From Dimorphilus gyrociliatus (Eukaryota; Animalia; Annelida): a stretch of DNA of 64,000 nt. Below, piece by piece: positions 11,931 through 24,954 of the stretch. The first letter of the stretch is position 1; each line of letters starts with the position of its first letter. Both the position numbers and the translations under genes were made by a program. The stretch is from NCBI GenBank assembly GCA_904063045.1, contig CAJFCJ010000017.1, positions 124,001-188,000 of the forward strand, read 5' to 3'. The notes beneath the pieces were generated by a model. That model was not told the DNA's origin and searched no databases. It saw only the letters and a program-made list of their open reading frames with translations.

Positions 11931-14900
11931 AATTTATATATTCATTTATGTTTAATTATCTGTAAAGTTGTAGAGAATGTCAAATAAAACCATAAATTAT
12001 ATATCTATCTATGCTGTGTATACACAGTATTATATAATTAATGTTTACTTGAATATTTAATACGCTTGTTACTCTATTAGTTAAAGATTAGGATACCCGA
12101 TCTTTTTTTCTTTTTACTTGATTAACCAAACGATAAAAATTGCTTTTCTTCGTCTCCTTCTATTTCTTCCTCTATCATCTCTTAACTAATTAATAATTCT
12201 ATTACATATTTCTTTTATTAATTCATATATAATTATAAAAAATTACTTTGAACACGAAAAGCAATTCAATCTATTCAACTCGTTCAAGTAAAAAGTAAAT
12301 ACTCTCTCTCTCTACTTCTCTTTATACTGCCTAATCAACTTATTATAAGGAAAATAATGGAAAACTAAAGGCCTATTAAAACATCTTTCTCTGACTAATT
12401 GTATTTAAAAAGAATATTCTATGAAAAGAGAATAAAAAGGGGAAAGAGTTAAGAGAAGAAAGAATGTAACTTTTATAAATAATTTCTTCAAAAAGCAAAA
12501 GAAATTGGAGATTAAAAGTGAATTAGAGCAAAAAAATTTCCAAGTAAAATAGGATGGAAAGAAAAGACAGTAATATGTAAATCTAAGAAGATCGCAATTA
12601 ACGGTCTGATACTTTGTCTTTCTTCTCTTTACTACTAAGACATCTAATCTCTTCTAATGAGCAGAATTCATTTTTTTGATAAGATTTCCAACCAAACAGA
12701 CACGTAATATAGAATAGTAAAAAGGTAAATTTCTATTTATGGATAACAGCATGATAAATTATAAAAAAAATCGATAGAAATGCATCGTGTATACACGATA
12801 TATTAGGTATAACCTTATGGAAGAGAATTTTTTTCCACGTTAATACGTTCTATAGTAATTGTAAATGATGCATAACAAAATAACACATTGCTCTATTCTT
12901 CTATTCTTTCTATTTTCATTTTCTTATTTATTGTTTACTTTGTTTTCTCTTTAACTTTCCCTTCTTTATCGACTTAAACGACTTTGATTAAATCACGTCC
13001 TGTTTTTTTTTCTCTCTCTCTCTCTCACTCTTCTTAAGGATTATTCATTCTTAGAAATCTAACAAAAACTGTTAACGAACTTAACCAATTTAGCTATTTT
13101 AACAAATTAACTAAAGCAACTTGGAAATATCATTTAGGAGGAGAAGAGAGGAGAAATATTTACAAATCAAGACGAGTATTTTCTTATTATTTGCATTGAG
13201 AAAGGAAAACAATATATACATTTCCCGGGTAATTGTAAACTCTTTACCTATACGCATTATGGTTATAGTTATCCCTCTCTCTCTCTCTCTCTCTCGCTCT
13301 TTTCCGTCTGTCTACAACTCAGTTTATATGTCTATCTCACTCTCTATTTCATTTATTCTGTAAACTTTCCAAACCCACATACCTACGTAGCAATAATCTT
13401 ACTAACCGGGTAACCTACAATTCAAGTTTTACTTATTCGTTCATTCATCTCATTTGATAAGATTTTATAGAAGAGCACTATAGAGAGAGAGAGAGAGAGA
13501 GAGAGATAAATTGTTTCATGCATTTATTCAATTATTTAAACCTATATATAAAGACAAAAAGAAAAATGTAAGTCAATTCAATCTACTTGAAACATAAATC
13601 TTCAATTACTTCAGTATTCAAACATAAAGCAGGATAAGATTTAGCCAATGTAAATTGATATTACCTAATATCCTTTTCTTATACTGTATACTGTATATTA
13701 GAATTGGAAGAGGGAAGGACCTTGAAAAATTGTTTTAAATATTAAATACGACAGCAAGTTATCCTTTATATATTTAACATTGTGATCTTTATTTAGTTCT
13801 TTTTCTATTTAGATGTTGTTTTTTTCTTTCATTTCTCTCTTTCTCTCTGTCTCTCTATTGGAAGAGAGAACGATGATTTGTGTAACGGCAGATGGTTTAT
13901 ACAATATGGAAGTGAGCAAGAAAGAGAAGAGGAAGAGGTAGAAGAAAAGAAGTATAGAAACAGTATATACAGTATATATTTGTGTCTATGTAATCAATTG
14001 ACCTAATCAAGAAAAGAAGGTCTCTTAACCAATCCTTTATTTAATCAGTTTCGCTTAAGAAGTGAATAACTTTTTGTATTTTTAAACAATCAATGTTAAT
14101 CTGTTTAATAGTTGTTCTATGAATAATCAAATGTTCTAATTTTGGTCTCTATTCTCGCTTATCCTATTTTTATTCTATTTAAATCATAAAAAAGAGTATT
14201 TTTGATTAACTTAATATCAAAATCTCTCTTTCGACTTTAATCTTATAATCCAACTATCTGAAAAAGCTATAAAATAATTTCATAGCTGTTGAATTTAGCT
14301 TGAAGAAATACGTTTCAATAAGAGGATTAATATAGATTAAATAGTAAATAAGTTTAATAATAATAATCTAGAAGAAGCGATAAATGATTGGAAATGATAA
14401 GATTGGGGGAAAGGGAAGAGTGGAGACGCCGTAACCAAACGTCGCCTTAAATAGAATAGTTAAAAGTGTTAATGTTTTTGTTTATCTATATTTTGTTTGT
14501 TTTTGAAGAATGATTAATGTAAATTCTTGTTAATAGCACTAAATTAAATATTATACACGTTTGACATTTTTCGTTTTGTGTTAAATTACTAGCAGTCTGT
14601 AATTAATTGAACGGTTTCGAATTTACTTAAATTTGTACTTGTTTCCAGTGGAATACAGTTGTGTACAGCATATATCTTTAAGCTTATTCTTTTCCTTTTA
14701 CAGTATCCTTTTAATATTTAATTAATAATAGTTTTTATTTCATTTTATTAATTGGAAAGGAACAATTGTCTGTACTGTCATTGACCTTTCAGAACTTTTT
14801 GTTAAGGTCGTATTAAATCCTTAATAAGTAAATACATATATTATAAATATATGCAGTATCTACAATATATACTTTAATTATATTCTTTGTAGTGTATAAA

Positions 14901-16010
14901 GAAGTATAAGGTTATATATACTGTATATATAATTTATTTGGCCGTCCTATATTCTTATTCTGAAAGACAAACTATTGTAATGAATCATTGTCTATCAGAA
15001 GAAGGAAAGAGAGAGAGAGAAAGAGCAGGAGTCTATACAGTACGTATATATCAGAATGAAAGTTAAGAACAACTAGGAAAATAGTAAGCCTATTCAAACA
15101 ATTTATCCGATTTCTAGGAAATGGATATATTTTATATAATTCTTTTTAAAAGGGGAAATTTTGTAGTAAATAATTAATCGGATGAGAATTTTTCGTGTTA
15201 AATAGCAATAGGAAACCATAAATTACAATTTTGGGAAGACGAGTAAAAAGCTATTGTATGATCCGCCACAAAAAACGTTTAGATACAAAACACAAAGGAA
15301 TAACTTTATCCCTTCTATATCTTATTGATTATTTATATGTATGTCATAATTTTCGAAAATCTTTAATATCGAAAAAGTGATGCATACTCCAATGACATTT
15401 GTATATACTATACAGTATAAGGATTGAATATGTACAATATACACCTTATGCTTCTTTAAAAGGAGTCATTCCAAACGTAATTTGGGACCAAATGACAGCA
15501 GATCATTCTCCCGTTCTAAAGGATAAATTGCATTATATACAATCAGATTGAAAGTTGAAAAAAGTTTCCTCCTTCAGGAAGGAAGTAAATGTAATAAGTT
15601 TAAAGAAAATTGTCAACGCTATAGCTTCAGAGCATCGTGGCTTAATATTCTAAAGAATTTTAGTAAATAACAACTATCAGGCTTTACCTGGCGCAGTCTT
15701 TTCTTTTCTATATTTATCATTCGTCAGTTGACGATATCCGTTTTTAATGTTTTTGTTAAGTTCTTTTCCTATGAGAAAGAAGAGAGAGAATAAAAATGAT
15801 GAATGTATTCTTTATTGTTCTGTCTCTTTGTCTGTCTATTTTGTTTGTTTGATGTTTTTTAACAACATTACAAATTATTATTGAGAGTGAAAAGTATAAC
15901 AAGACAACAAAGATATCTAATCGATTGTTGAATTGTTTATTCCTATGTTAGGAAGGTAGGTAGGTAGGTAGGTAATTACGTTAGTAGGTAGGCAAGTAAT
16001 TAGGTGAGAA

Positions 16011-16054
16011 GATAGATAGATAGATAGATAGATATTTACTATATATACATATAC

Positions 16055-16093
<39 letters not shown>
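16011..16093. repeat. Compound (GATA)n/(AG)n microsatellite
   Basis: GATA tetranucleotide runs followed by an AG run, read directly. Confidence 0.85.
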
Positions 16094-16098
<5 letters not shown>

Positions 16099-16806
16099 AA
16101 AAAATTAGGATAAGAGAGAAAGAACAGGACAGAAGAGTAAAAATAACAGTAATAAGTAACAATATATGCTTATTTTTGTATATTCTTATAGGAAATATGT
16201 ACTTTATTTCATAAATCGTCTTGTATTTTCTTGTATATTGTTATATAAATAGTATTAATAAAACGTAAATTTTGAATGAAAAGAATTAACCCTTTTGACG
16301 AACTTTCTCTCCTCTTTACTTAATTTTCAAATAGAATAAAAGTAAAAAGAAGAATTATAAAGATAATAATAATAATAACCAACAACTTTTCTCTTCTCCT
16401 TCTATTCTTTTTAATCTTTATAAATTGCCTATGGAAGTCTTTTTCTTTCTTTCTTTCTTTCTTCTTCTTCTTCTTCTTCATTTTTATCTTCCTTGTCTTT
16501 CTTTCTATTAGTGTATACAATACGCACACACAGACACACATACAGACGTACATATATATACAGTATATATATATATATGTCTATACATGCAGTATACTTA
16601 TTCATCTATTTATGCTCTCTTTGTGTCCTTTATTAAAATACTACAACAATAATTTGCAGTTTGCGCATATTACTTTGATAAACAATACACTTTTACAATA
16701 TTCTAAAAATCAACACTAATTATATTAATTAATTAATTAATTGACACTGATAAACTACTGTGTAACAGGTAGAAAACATATGAGATAGGAGGAATACCAA
16801 TTAATG

Positions 16807-17238
16807 TCATTTGTACGTTTCAACCTCATTCGGTTTCCTTAAATATCTACAATTTTTGAGTTCTTCCATTTGAAAAGCAAAATGATCCTGACTCGTTGCC
16901 TCCGTGCTAGATACTATATCTAAGGATTTCGTCTTTCCAAGGCATTTTTTACCGCTTTTTAAATCTTCTATCTCTTTTACGCTACACTTTTTCAATTGAC
17001 TAACAGATCTCGGCTTCTTATCGGAGGGTGAAAAAGGTGGTGAAGAAGATACTGACTGAGAAGAGGAACATGACGATGCTGAAGGAGAGGATGACGGCGA
17101 GGGTGACGATAATGATTTAGTTTTGGAAAACGATCTTAAGTCATTTCTTTGTAAATTTAAATTCGAAGGCTTTCTGTTATCCGAATTATTTTTATAAAGT
17201 TTTTCCGATAAAGTACGTTGCAGTTTGGAATTATCCAT
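16807..17238 (-). CDS. Uncharacterised Ser/Lys-rich protein, about 143 aa from MDNSK
   Basis: Part of a 204-codon stop-free frame in very AT-rich DNA, with higher GC than the flanks and not made of microsatellite. MDNSKLQRTLSEKLY...SSPSPSSSPSASSCSSSQSVSSSPPFSPS...FQMEELKNCRYLRKPNEVETYK*. No family recognised; an upstream exon is possible. Confidence 0.55.
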   Translation of the reverse strand: MDNSKLQRTLSEKLYKNNSDNRKPSNLNLQRNDLRSFSKTKSLSSPSPSSSPSASSCSSSQSVSSSPPFSPSDKKPRSVSQLKKCSVKEIEDLKSGKKCLGKTKSLDIVSSTEATSQDHFAFQMEELKNCRYLRKPNEVETYK

Positions 17239-18372
17239 GATTTGAAATGAACGACTAGTGGTTAATAGATTTTTGTATCTCGATAATAAATAATTCGTAA
17301 TGATGCTTCTATTGTTTGTTTTTCTTTTAACATGGTAACGAATTATAAAAGAGGTTTGTACTCGTTGATATAAAAGAATAAAAGGTTGATAGTCTCCTTT
17401 AGTTTTTTCTTTAAATATCAAAATTTTTCGACATACAGCATTTTCTAGCTTTATCTTTTTTAAACAATGTCTTTTCTCAAAGATTGGCTGATTTTATTAT
17501 ATACAGTATATATATATATGTATATATATATATACTTAACTCTTGTATTGCGCTCTACTTTGTACGATAGGCTTATGCAATTGCTGTTTTTCATCCTTCC
17601 AATTTTAATGTAGACAAGACAATGGATATTATACTTCATTTTTGACTGTTTTCCTTCATTTTCCTGTTCACCTCCAGCTATTATTCTATATATATATATA
17701 GAATAGTGTACATCTGTTTTAGGAGTATCGTACACACGTAGCCCGCGTTTCCCTATCCCTCCCTCCAGATTAAAACAACCATAAAACGCTAAATAATATA
17801 TTTATCAAATAAGAGATTGTCTACATCATTGCACGGCAGATGGCAGCGAAATACGGAGAGAGTTAACACTATAGTCTCTTGATATTCATTATTATAATTG
17901 CGAGTAAGGCTTGTTATAGATTAAATTTTTAAAGAAAAGAGAAAAAGTTTAAAGATGATAGAAGGAAGAGAACGAAAAGTAAAGAAAAAACAATTAAATT
18001 AAAGGAAAGAGAACTAATGGTTAATTTATTTTTTAATGATTAGTTTAGTATAATTATAAAGCTTATTAACTTCAAATTGATAACACATACTGTAAGTCTC
18101 TCTATATATATACAGTACATAGTACAATCATTGCTGCTCTCTTCTTATTCCAATGTATACAAGTTGTAATAGTTTCTTATTACATTAAATAAAAGAAATA
18201 CACAAACAAATGTAATAGGAAAGATTTCTTTCTCCTTTTTTTGAATTATTATCAAGAATTCTTTCTGTATAGAAAAGCAAATGAATAATACAAAATACAA
18301 TATTTGTAAGATCCTCCTTTACTCAACTTTTTCTTTCAAATAACCTCAATTCAAGTACCCACTCGAACTAGT

Positions 18373-18380
<8 letters not shown>

Positions 18381-18414
<34 letters not shown>
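18381..18414. repeat. (AG)n microsatellite
   Basis: Pure AG run read directly; representative of dozens of AG/CT tracts. Confidence 0.9.
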
Positions 18415-18429
<15 letters not shown>

Positions 18430-18986
18430 AGAAAAGAGAGGGAAAAAAAGGCTGACTACAGAAGCCGATCTTATCGAATTTGTCAATAAATATTACATTT
18501 GATTTTTAGGGTAAAAGAGAAAATGACTGTGTATTTCGATATAGCAGTATTTTCTGATTGTTTAAAAGAGTATATCTATATCAGTAGATACTGTATATAG
18601 TATATTCCTCCGCCTATAGGACCATAGTAAAAATGTATAACCTGAATTGTCGTAATCGGGATTTATCTTATCAAAAGACTTGATTTTTTTTACATAAAAA
18701 GATATATCAAGGAATATTGGAATTACTTTCTGGATTTTTGTTATCAAAAGTAAACTAGTGCTGTAGATTTATAGATACGGTTGTAGATAAACCATATATA
18801 TATATGTATATATGGATTTGTTACAAGATTTCTGTATTATCAGAAGCTTATTACTGAATTTATTGGCCAAGTTTGAGTACCTTTTTCAAGCGTATTTTTT
18901 ATCTGTCTATATAGACTCTTTTCTTTTTACTTCCTCACTGTTAATAAATATATTCAGTTTATTAGAATGAAATAAAACAAAACGTA

Positions 18987-18998
18987 CGCCACCTAGTG
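18987..18998 (-). promoter_or_regulatory. CTCF-like motif upstream of the CXorf65-like gene
   Basis: CGCCACCTAGTG is CACTAGGTGGCG on the minus strand, about 120 bp upstream of ATG 19115. Confidence 0.45.
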
Positions 18999-19114
18999 TT
19001 ATTTGGTAATGACTCTTTTTAATTTGTGTCCTTAGCTCTTTTTTGAGACAAAAAATAACATAAAAGTGGTGCAACTACATCAAATTAATTAACGATAATA
19101 AATGACTGAAACCA

Positions 19115-20085
19115 ATGGCAATGTTTGTGGAGGTTCGCTACGGACGTTAGTTAACGATTAATTTATGTATAAATGTCTTGTTTGATATTAATAATAGAAA
19201 ATATATATATACATATACATATATATAAAATAACAGACAATCAAACTGAAATATTCAACGCCGAATGTAGAAATTTCATCTTATTACAAAATATTAAAGA
19301 GAGATTGGATTACACTACAGAAAGTAAATTATATATTCTATATACTTCTTTTACTGTACAGTATATAATTTTTATGTATATGCTTACTAATATAAATTTA
19401 TTTTAAATATATGGCTATCTATATACAATATACAATATTATAGTACAGTGTATATTTATTCTTTATAGTATTCTGTTTATCTAAGCTATTTTACGGTACA
19501 TAACGTATTAAATTATATTTTCTCGTAGATCATTAGTTCTACCGCAAAATTTATATATACTGTATTGTAAAAGTATATAAGGATATTGTATTGTTGCTGT
19601 TGTTATTGTTTCTTATTATCTTACCAATTCCATTCTCTTTCTTTAGTTGATCTGTCTGACGAGAATGGTATGGTAAAAAATCTTAGAAATTTCCCTACTG
19701 AATACGCGTCAAAGTTTGTCGATTCAAGGGAATCGTTGATTCTATTGCAAGTGAACGGTATACGATTAATACACTTTGTGATTTAATGAATTTACCCTAT
19801 GTATATTGTCTATTATAGAAGACCAAAGTTTTGTACCCTTATTATCTGATTATGATAACGACAACGAATTCTTAGGTAAGTAAAAAAGTCACCTGGTAAT
19901 CAATTCAATTTTAACAATTAACTGACTTTACTCAAGCTAAATTAAATCCAAATTCATTAACCTCTTCTCCGACATCATTCAATAAATCAAGAAGATCTTC
20001 GCTTAGGCGTTCGTCAATCAAGACTGGAAGAAAGAGTTTAATGCAAAGAAGGGATAGTAGGATATCTTTAAAAGGTAAAAATTGA
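19115..20085 (+). CDS. CXorf65/C22orf15-family protein, about 144 aa, 5 exons
   Basis: Exons 19115-19145, 19237-19323, 19647-19757, 19819-19875 and 19937-20085, all GT-AG phase 1. Product: MAMFVEVRYGHNQTEIFNAECRNFILLQNIKERLDYTTEIDLSDENGMVKNLRNFPTEYASKFVDSRESLILLQVNEDQSFVPLLSDYDNDNEFLAKLNPNSLTSSPTSFNKSRRSSLRRSSIKTGRKSLMQRRDSRISLKGKN. It resembles human CXorf65 as recalled (MFIFIKHGDNQQFLVNTNC...IDLC...EYASKYLTARSTYYVCKVE...FVPLL) with a basic tail. An alternative last exon 20577-20653 via donor 20075 is also in phase. Confidence 0.8.
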
Positions 20086-23000
20086 ACAAGCAAGACCAGG
20101 AAGAGTGGAAAGGAAAAAGACTAGAAATTTCAAATTGTTTATAAATGTTCGATTAAGGAAATATAGAATTTGTACTTGTATTTTATCGATGAATATAATC
20201 AATTTTACTTTTCTCAGTTGTACTTTGTCTGTTAAAGAATATTTGAATATGTTTGTAATTTGTTTGGTTTGTTTTCTTATGTAAACAAAAACTTAATTGG
20301 CTAATTCATCAACACTTTTATATAAACTATGGAAAAATAACCTTTATAATCCTTTTAGATCTATTCAGATTATAATAAAAGCCAAAATAGACATAATACG
20401 ACTATCCCTCTATCTTATTTCTTCTCTGCTTTCCTCTCTCTTAGGAAGACGTATCTACTTTCTGTTTATATTTAATAAATAAATTTCAACGTAAAGAACG
20501 TATTTCAAGATAAAACGGAAAAGTAAGAGTATTTCTCCTTCAACATTTCCAATGCGTTTCTCGACTTTTCCTATAGAAATTTCACAAATAATAATCTCAA
20601 ATTTCCACAATACATTTCCTTCAAGCCGTAAAGCTAGAATAGATGTTTCTTAATTAAATTTTTGTGTTGGTTAAATTCTATTGATCTATTTATCTTTTTA
20701 GTTGAAATACTGCAAATTATCTACACCTTAAGCAAGAAAATTGGCTATTTTTTAGATTATCTTTTTCCTTTTTGTTTTAATTTATTTTCTAAATATCACG
20801 CAATCTTCTTTCCTTTCTCCTTAACACGGTTAACTTGAAATTCTTCTTTGCTCGCGTTGCCTCACTTCTCTATCTTCTTCAAAGTCTTATCTCAATCACT
20901 ATTCGCCTAATAGGAGGCAGATGGCATCACATACACGATATAACTTCATTTTCATTTTTCCTGTTAAATTATCGATTAATTCTAAAGCCTACTCACCAAT
21001 TACTTTGATGGTTTTTGATGCTTTTACTGCTGTTGCTTCTGTAGTAGTACTAGCACTATGAGTAGTAGTAATATGTGTTGTTGTTTTTGTTGTTGTTGCT
21101 GCTGTTTTTCGTTATGCTATTTATTAATATGTTGTAAAGTTATGATTATAAATAGAATTGTTAAGATTTCTATATAATACAGCGAAATAAAAACAAATAC
21201 GTCAGCCAATTCTCTATAATTATATTTATGATTACATTTGTAAGTTTTCCCTTTCGCTTAAATCCAGTTTATAAATCTGCGAGTATAAATAGAAATATAT
21301 TATTAAGAGTCCAAAACAGCTCTACAAAACGTCGCAAAAGGTGTATATTACGCGTATATCTCCCGCCTCTTCTCCTCCCCTTCCACCCCCAACACTCTTC
21401 GTTCTCCCTACAAAAATATACAAGTTGATAAGGAGAATATAAAAACCAATATTATATTACAGTTTATTAGTAGTAATTTGTTCAGCTACTCTTTTTTCGT
21501 TGATAAGCAGAGTAAGAATAAACGTAATATTTACATTTTACGTATTAGAAACAAATTAAGGTAAGAAACCGTATTGGCAGTAAGAATTAGCTAAAAGTCA
21601 TTGGGATGAGAAGAGAAAGAACGAAAGGGTTAACCATTCCACTTATTAGTTAACAATAACATACACTATTTGCAGTCTATATTACATTTAACAAACTACA
21701 TCTTTCGTCTATTTAGTAGTAATATTTCACGATAATCTTTCCAATGACAGTAGATTTAATTCAATAGATTTTCAAACAAAAATTCAATAGGAAGAAGAAA
21801 CAAAGTGGGAAAAAAATCTATTTTCAATTAATAGATTATATTAGTTTTAATCAAACTAACAGATGTAAAAAAATCCAACTCTCTCATTTCTAGAGAAAAT
21901 ACTGATGACTTGGTAAGGGAAATAGTTATAGACTTCACGTAATATTGATGTTAATGACGAATTATTAGAAAGGGAGGAGTGGAAAGGAGGATTGGGGTGG
22001 TGGTGCAACGAAAACGACTCACGAAAGTTTTGAATCCTTAAATTTACTATGGTAATGTATAATTAATAAATGACGGTGGTAGACAGCCCGCCCGCCCCCC
22101 CCCCCCCTCATCCTCTCAACGTCTATAGCACTATATATACTAATATATATATATATATATATATATGGATATTCTGTTTTATATGAGAAAACCAATCTAT
22201 TAATAAAATTTCCATATACCTTCTCTTTTTTAATAATATACTGTGTATTTTAGAACTGTAATAAAATATAAACGTTTCTCGGCGTCCTTGATGAAAATGA
22301 TAAAACTTTACTGACGTCAATCTGTATGGCTTTTGCTTTTTTTATGGGCTAATAGACTCTGTAATAGTAGCTACATCAAACACTACTTAGAGCATCCAAA
22401 CATCATTTTTATAATAAATTATCATTGTTGAAAGAAGAAGAGGATGAAAAAAGTAAAATTGTTGGTTAATGTTCTCTTTCTTTCTTTCTTTCCTTCCTTT
22501 ATTTTTTTAAAACTTGATTATCATAAGCTTAAAGAGATTTATGAAATACTGCTAATCCATTTTCTGAGGCGCTGTGATAAAAGGGTTGAAAAGAAAATAA
22601 TAAATTGATCAACTGAAGAATCTCTTTCTTTCTTCCATTCCTTTCTCTCCGTCTCTCCTCCCCTCTCTTTTTGTCTCTTCTCTCTTCTCGCTTCTCTCTT
22701 TCTACTTCCTGTAGCGGTGAAGAGAGAAATAAAGGAGGGTAGAAAGAGTAGAAGAATGCCTATCTTCTAGCAATACCTAAGGAATAATTTATTGATTGTT
22801 TTTCATAGAATTAGGCCTGATTGGTTTTGTGACAATAATTGTTTTAGAAACAAGTAAAAATATTATTCGAAATCTTTCCTTTTCTTATTATTTATCATCG
22901 TTATTCAATGATTATCAAGATTATATGCGGTTTCTCTAGGAAGAACTTACAAGATCGTTTCCAATTTCGTTTCCTTTTGGAAACCAAACAGAGAACTTGC

Positions 23001-24385
23001 AATTACTCACTGCAGACTATTTACATAAGGGATATATATATACTATATATTTCTCTTAATCTGGCTTGATTTTCGTCATTTCTATCATTGATATTCATTC
23101 TTTTACAAACAATTTTTCAACCCAATTTTATCAATTCTACCATATTTATTCTATTTGGACAAGTTATCTTGTTTGTCATACCTAGACAGAGAAAATCCAT
23201 CCAATTGATTTTTCTAGGAAATATATATAACAAGTGTTCTAGAACCAATATTATTCTGGCGTATGATAATGAAAAATCAATTCTTGAGGTTGACTTATTG
23301 GACCCTAGATCTTGTACAAATAGACAAACAAACATCACTGAATATAATATTAGATTTAAGGTTTTTATCTATTTGAGATAGAAGGAAAATCTGTTCATCT
23401 TTGACACCTTTATCATTTCTTGTTTGTTCTATTTCCACTAGATTGTTCACAACTAGAATAGTAATTTAAATTTGTTCACCATTCAACAGCTTGTTAAGTT
23501 TACTCCATGAATAATAACATTGTTATTACTAAATAGTTAACAATAATTATCACGTGACATGTGATGAATTGTAAATGAAAATAGAGAAGTAATCGAATTT
23601 AAATTATGTGAAGCGCCCACATAAAATTGAATATGTTGTTAAAAAGTTGAATATAATTTTATTATGATTCCTCTTTTTAAGTGGGTGGAAGTGGGGGTGG
23701 AAAAATTTTTGGAGTAATAGACGGAAATGCGTACAATTATAGGCCAAATTAGAATATTTATTTATTTGGAATCAGTTAAAATCAATATTATATAACTGTA
23801 ATCAGTCATTGTAAATGTCTGTAGTTTTACTGTAAGTTCTTAATTATTTACAAGACCCTTTTCATACATGTTAATGACCTTTTAAACGTAAGAAGGGAGC
23901 AGACATAGAGGTTAAAAGGAAATTTATATACAGTATATATATATATATATATAAATTTATATATATATATACTTTATGTATGTGTTTGAGGGGGAGGAAA
24001 ATAGAGATGGAACGACGAATGGGAGTAATTGACTTCTTCTCAATAATAACTTTTCATGCTTTAATCATATGGATTAGAGAGACTGAAAGATAGAAAAAGA
24101 GAGAGAGAGAGAAAGATATTTTGATACAGAGTACGTGAGAGAAATAAATTGTCTCTTTTCCCTGTTTGACTATACCAATCGGAATATTCAAGTGTGTTGA
24201 ACATTATACTATTGTATACCCATTTATATTTACAATCGGTATTTATTTTGAAATTAAATTAATCCACCAGAGGACAACACTAACGCAATGTACATTTAAT
24301 CCTATGAAAAACAATTCACACAATATCGATATTAAGTAGGGAAGCCTTTAACTAATCAATATTGAAAAATATTGCTATTTATATT

Positions 24386-24518
24386 CAAAAATGGCCGACT
24401 GTTTGAATACAATAGATCGCCATATTGATTTTTCTACTATACTACGGAAGCATTGTTCAGTTCAGTTTTTCAATTGACCATTCAGAAGATGACCTGCGAA
24501 GTCTACGATTGCTGACAG
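24386..24518 (+). promoter_or_regulatory. Putative TSS / 5' UTR exon of the synaptotagmin-like gene
   Basis: YY1-like CAAAAATGGCCGAC at 24386-24399, GC-richer sequence ending in the donor-like ACAG|GTGTAG at 24518/24519, and an acceptor-like AATAG at 24950 just before ATG 24955. Confidence 0.35.
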
Positions 24519-24954
24519 GTGTAGAAAAAAAGAGAGGAGAAAATAGAATATAATTGAATAAGGGAGGAAATTGGAACTACAAAACGGAAATAATTTTCTT
24601 TCTCTCAATTAAAGTAAAAAGTAAAGAAAGCGACCGATAAATAGGGAGGAGTAGAAGAAGAAGAAGAAGAAGAAGAAGAAGAAGAAGAGAAAGAATTAGC
24701 AAAAAGTGTGAAAGAATAATAATTTCTCCTGTTGTCTCTGCCACAACGTTTGGGAATAAAATAAAAGAGTGCAATTTTATTGACAATGATCAATAAATAA
24801 ATAAATAATTAAAGGGAATTATGAAGATAGGAATTTCAACAATTAATTAAGGAATATATTGAATAAACAAGAAGAGTGAAAGTTATCTTATATCCTTCAA
24901 TTTATTATATAAAATGCTTTATTTGTTTGAATGAAAAATCATAAAAATAGAAAT

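Noticed and set aside
15681-15698. CTTTACCTGGCGCAG resembling the U1 snRNA 5' end
   Set aside because: Only about 12 nt match; no downstream stem-loops or Sm site.
548-16553. Short ORFs rich in S/L, Y/I, E or K (e.g. 548-868, 7662-8021, 9163-9366, 9996-10322, 15917-16162, 16320-16553)
   Set aside because: Translations of AG/CT, TA, GAA and TAGA microsatellites and A/T runs; no domain signal or splice support.
22870-23500. ORFs 23088-23381 (+) and 23117-23338 (-) with nearby donor-like sites
   Set aside because: No consistent exon chain with plausible intron lengths could be built; no homology recognised.
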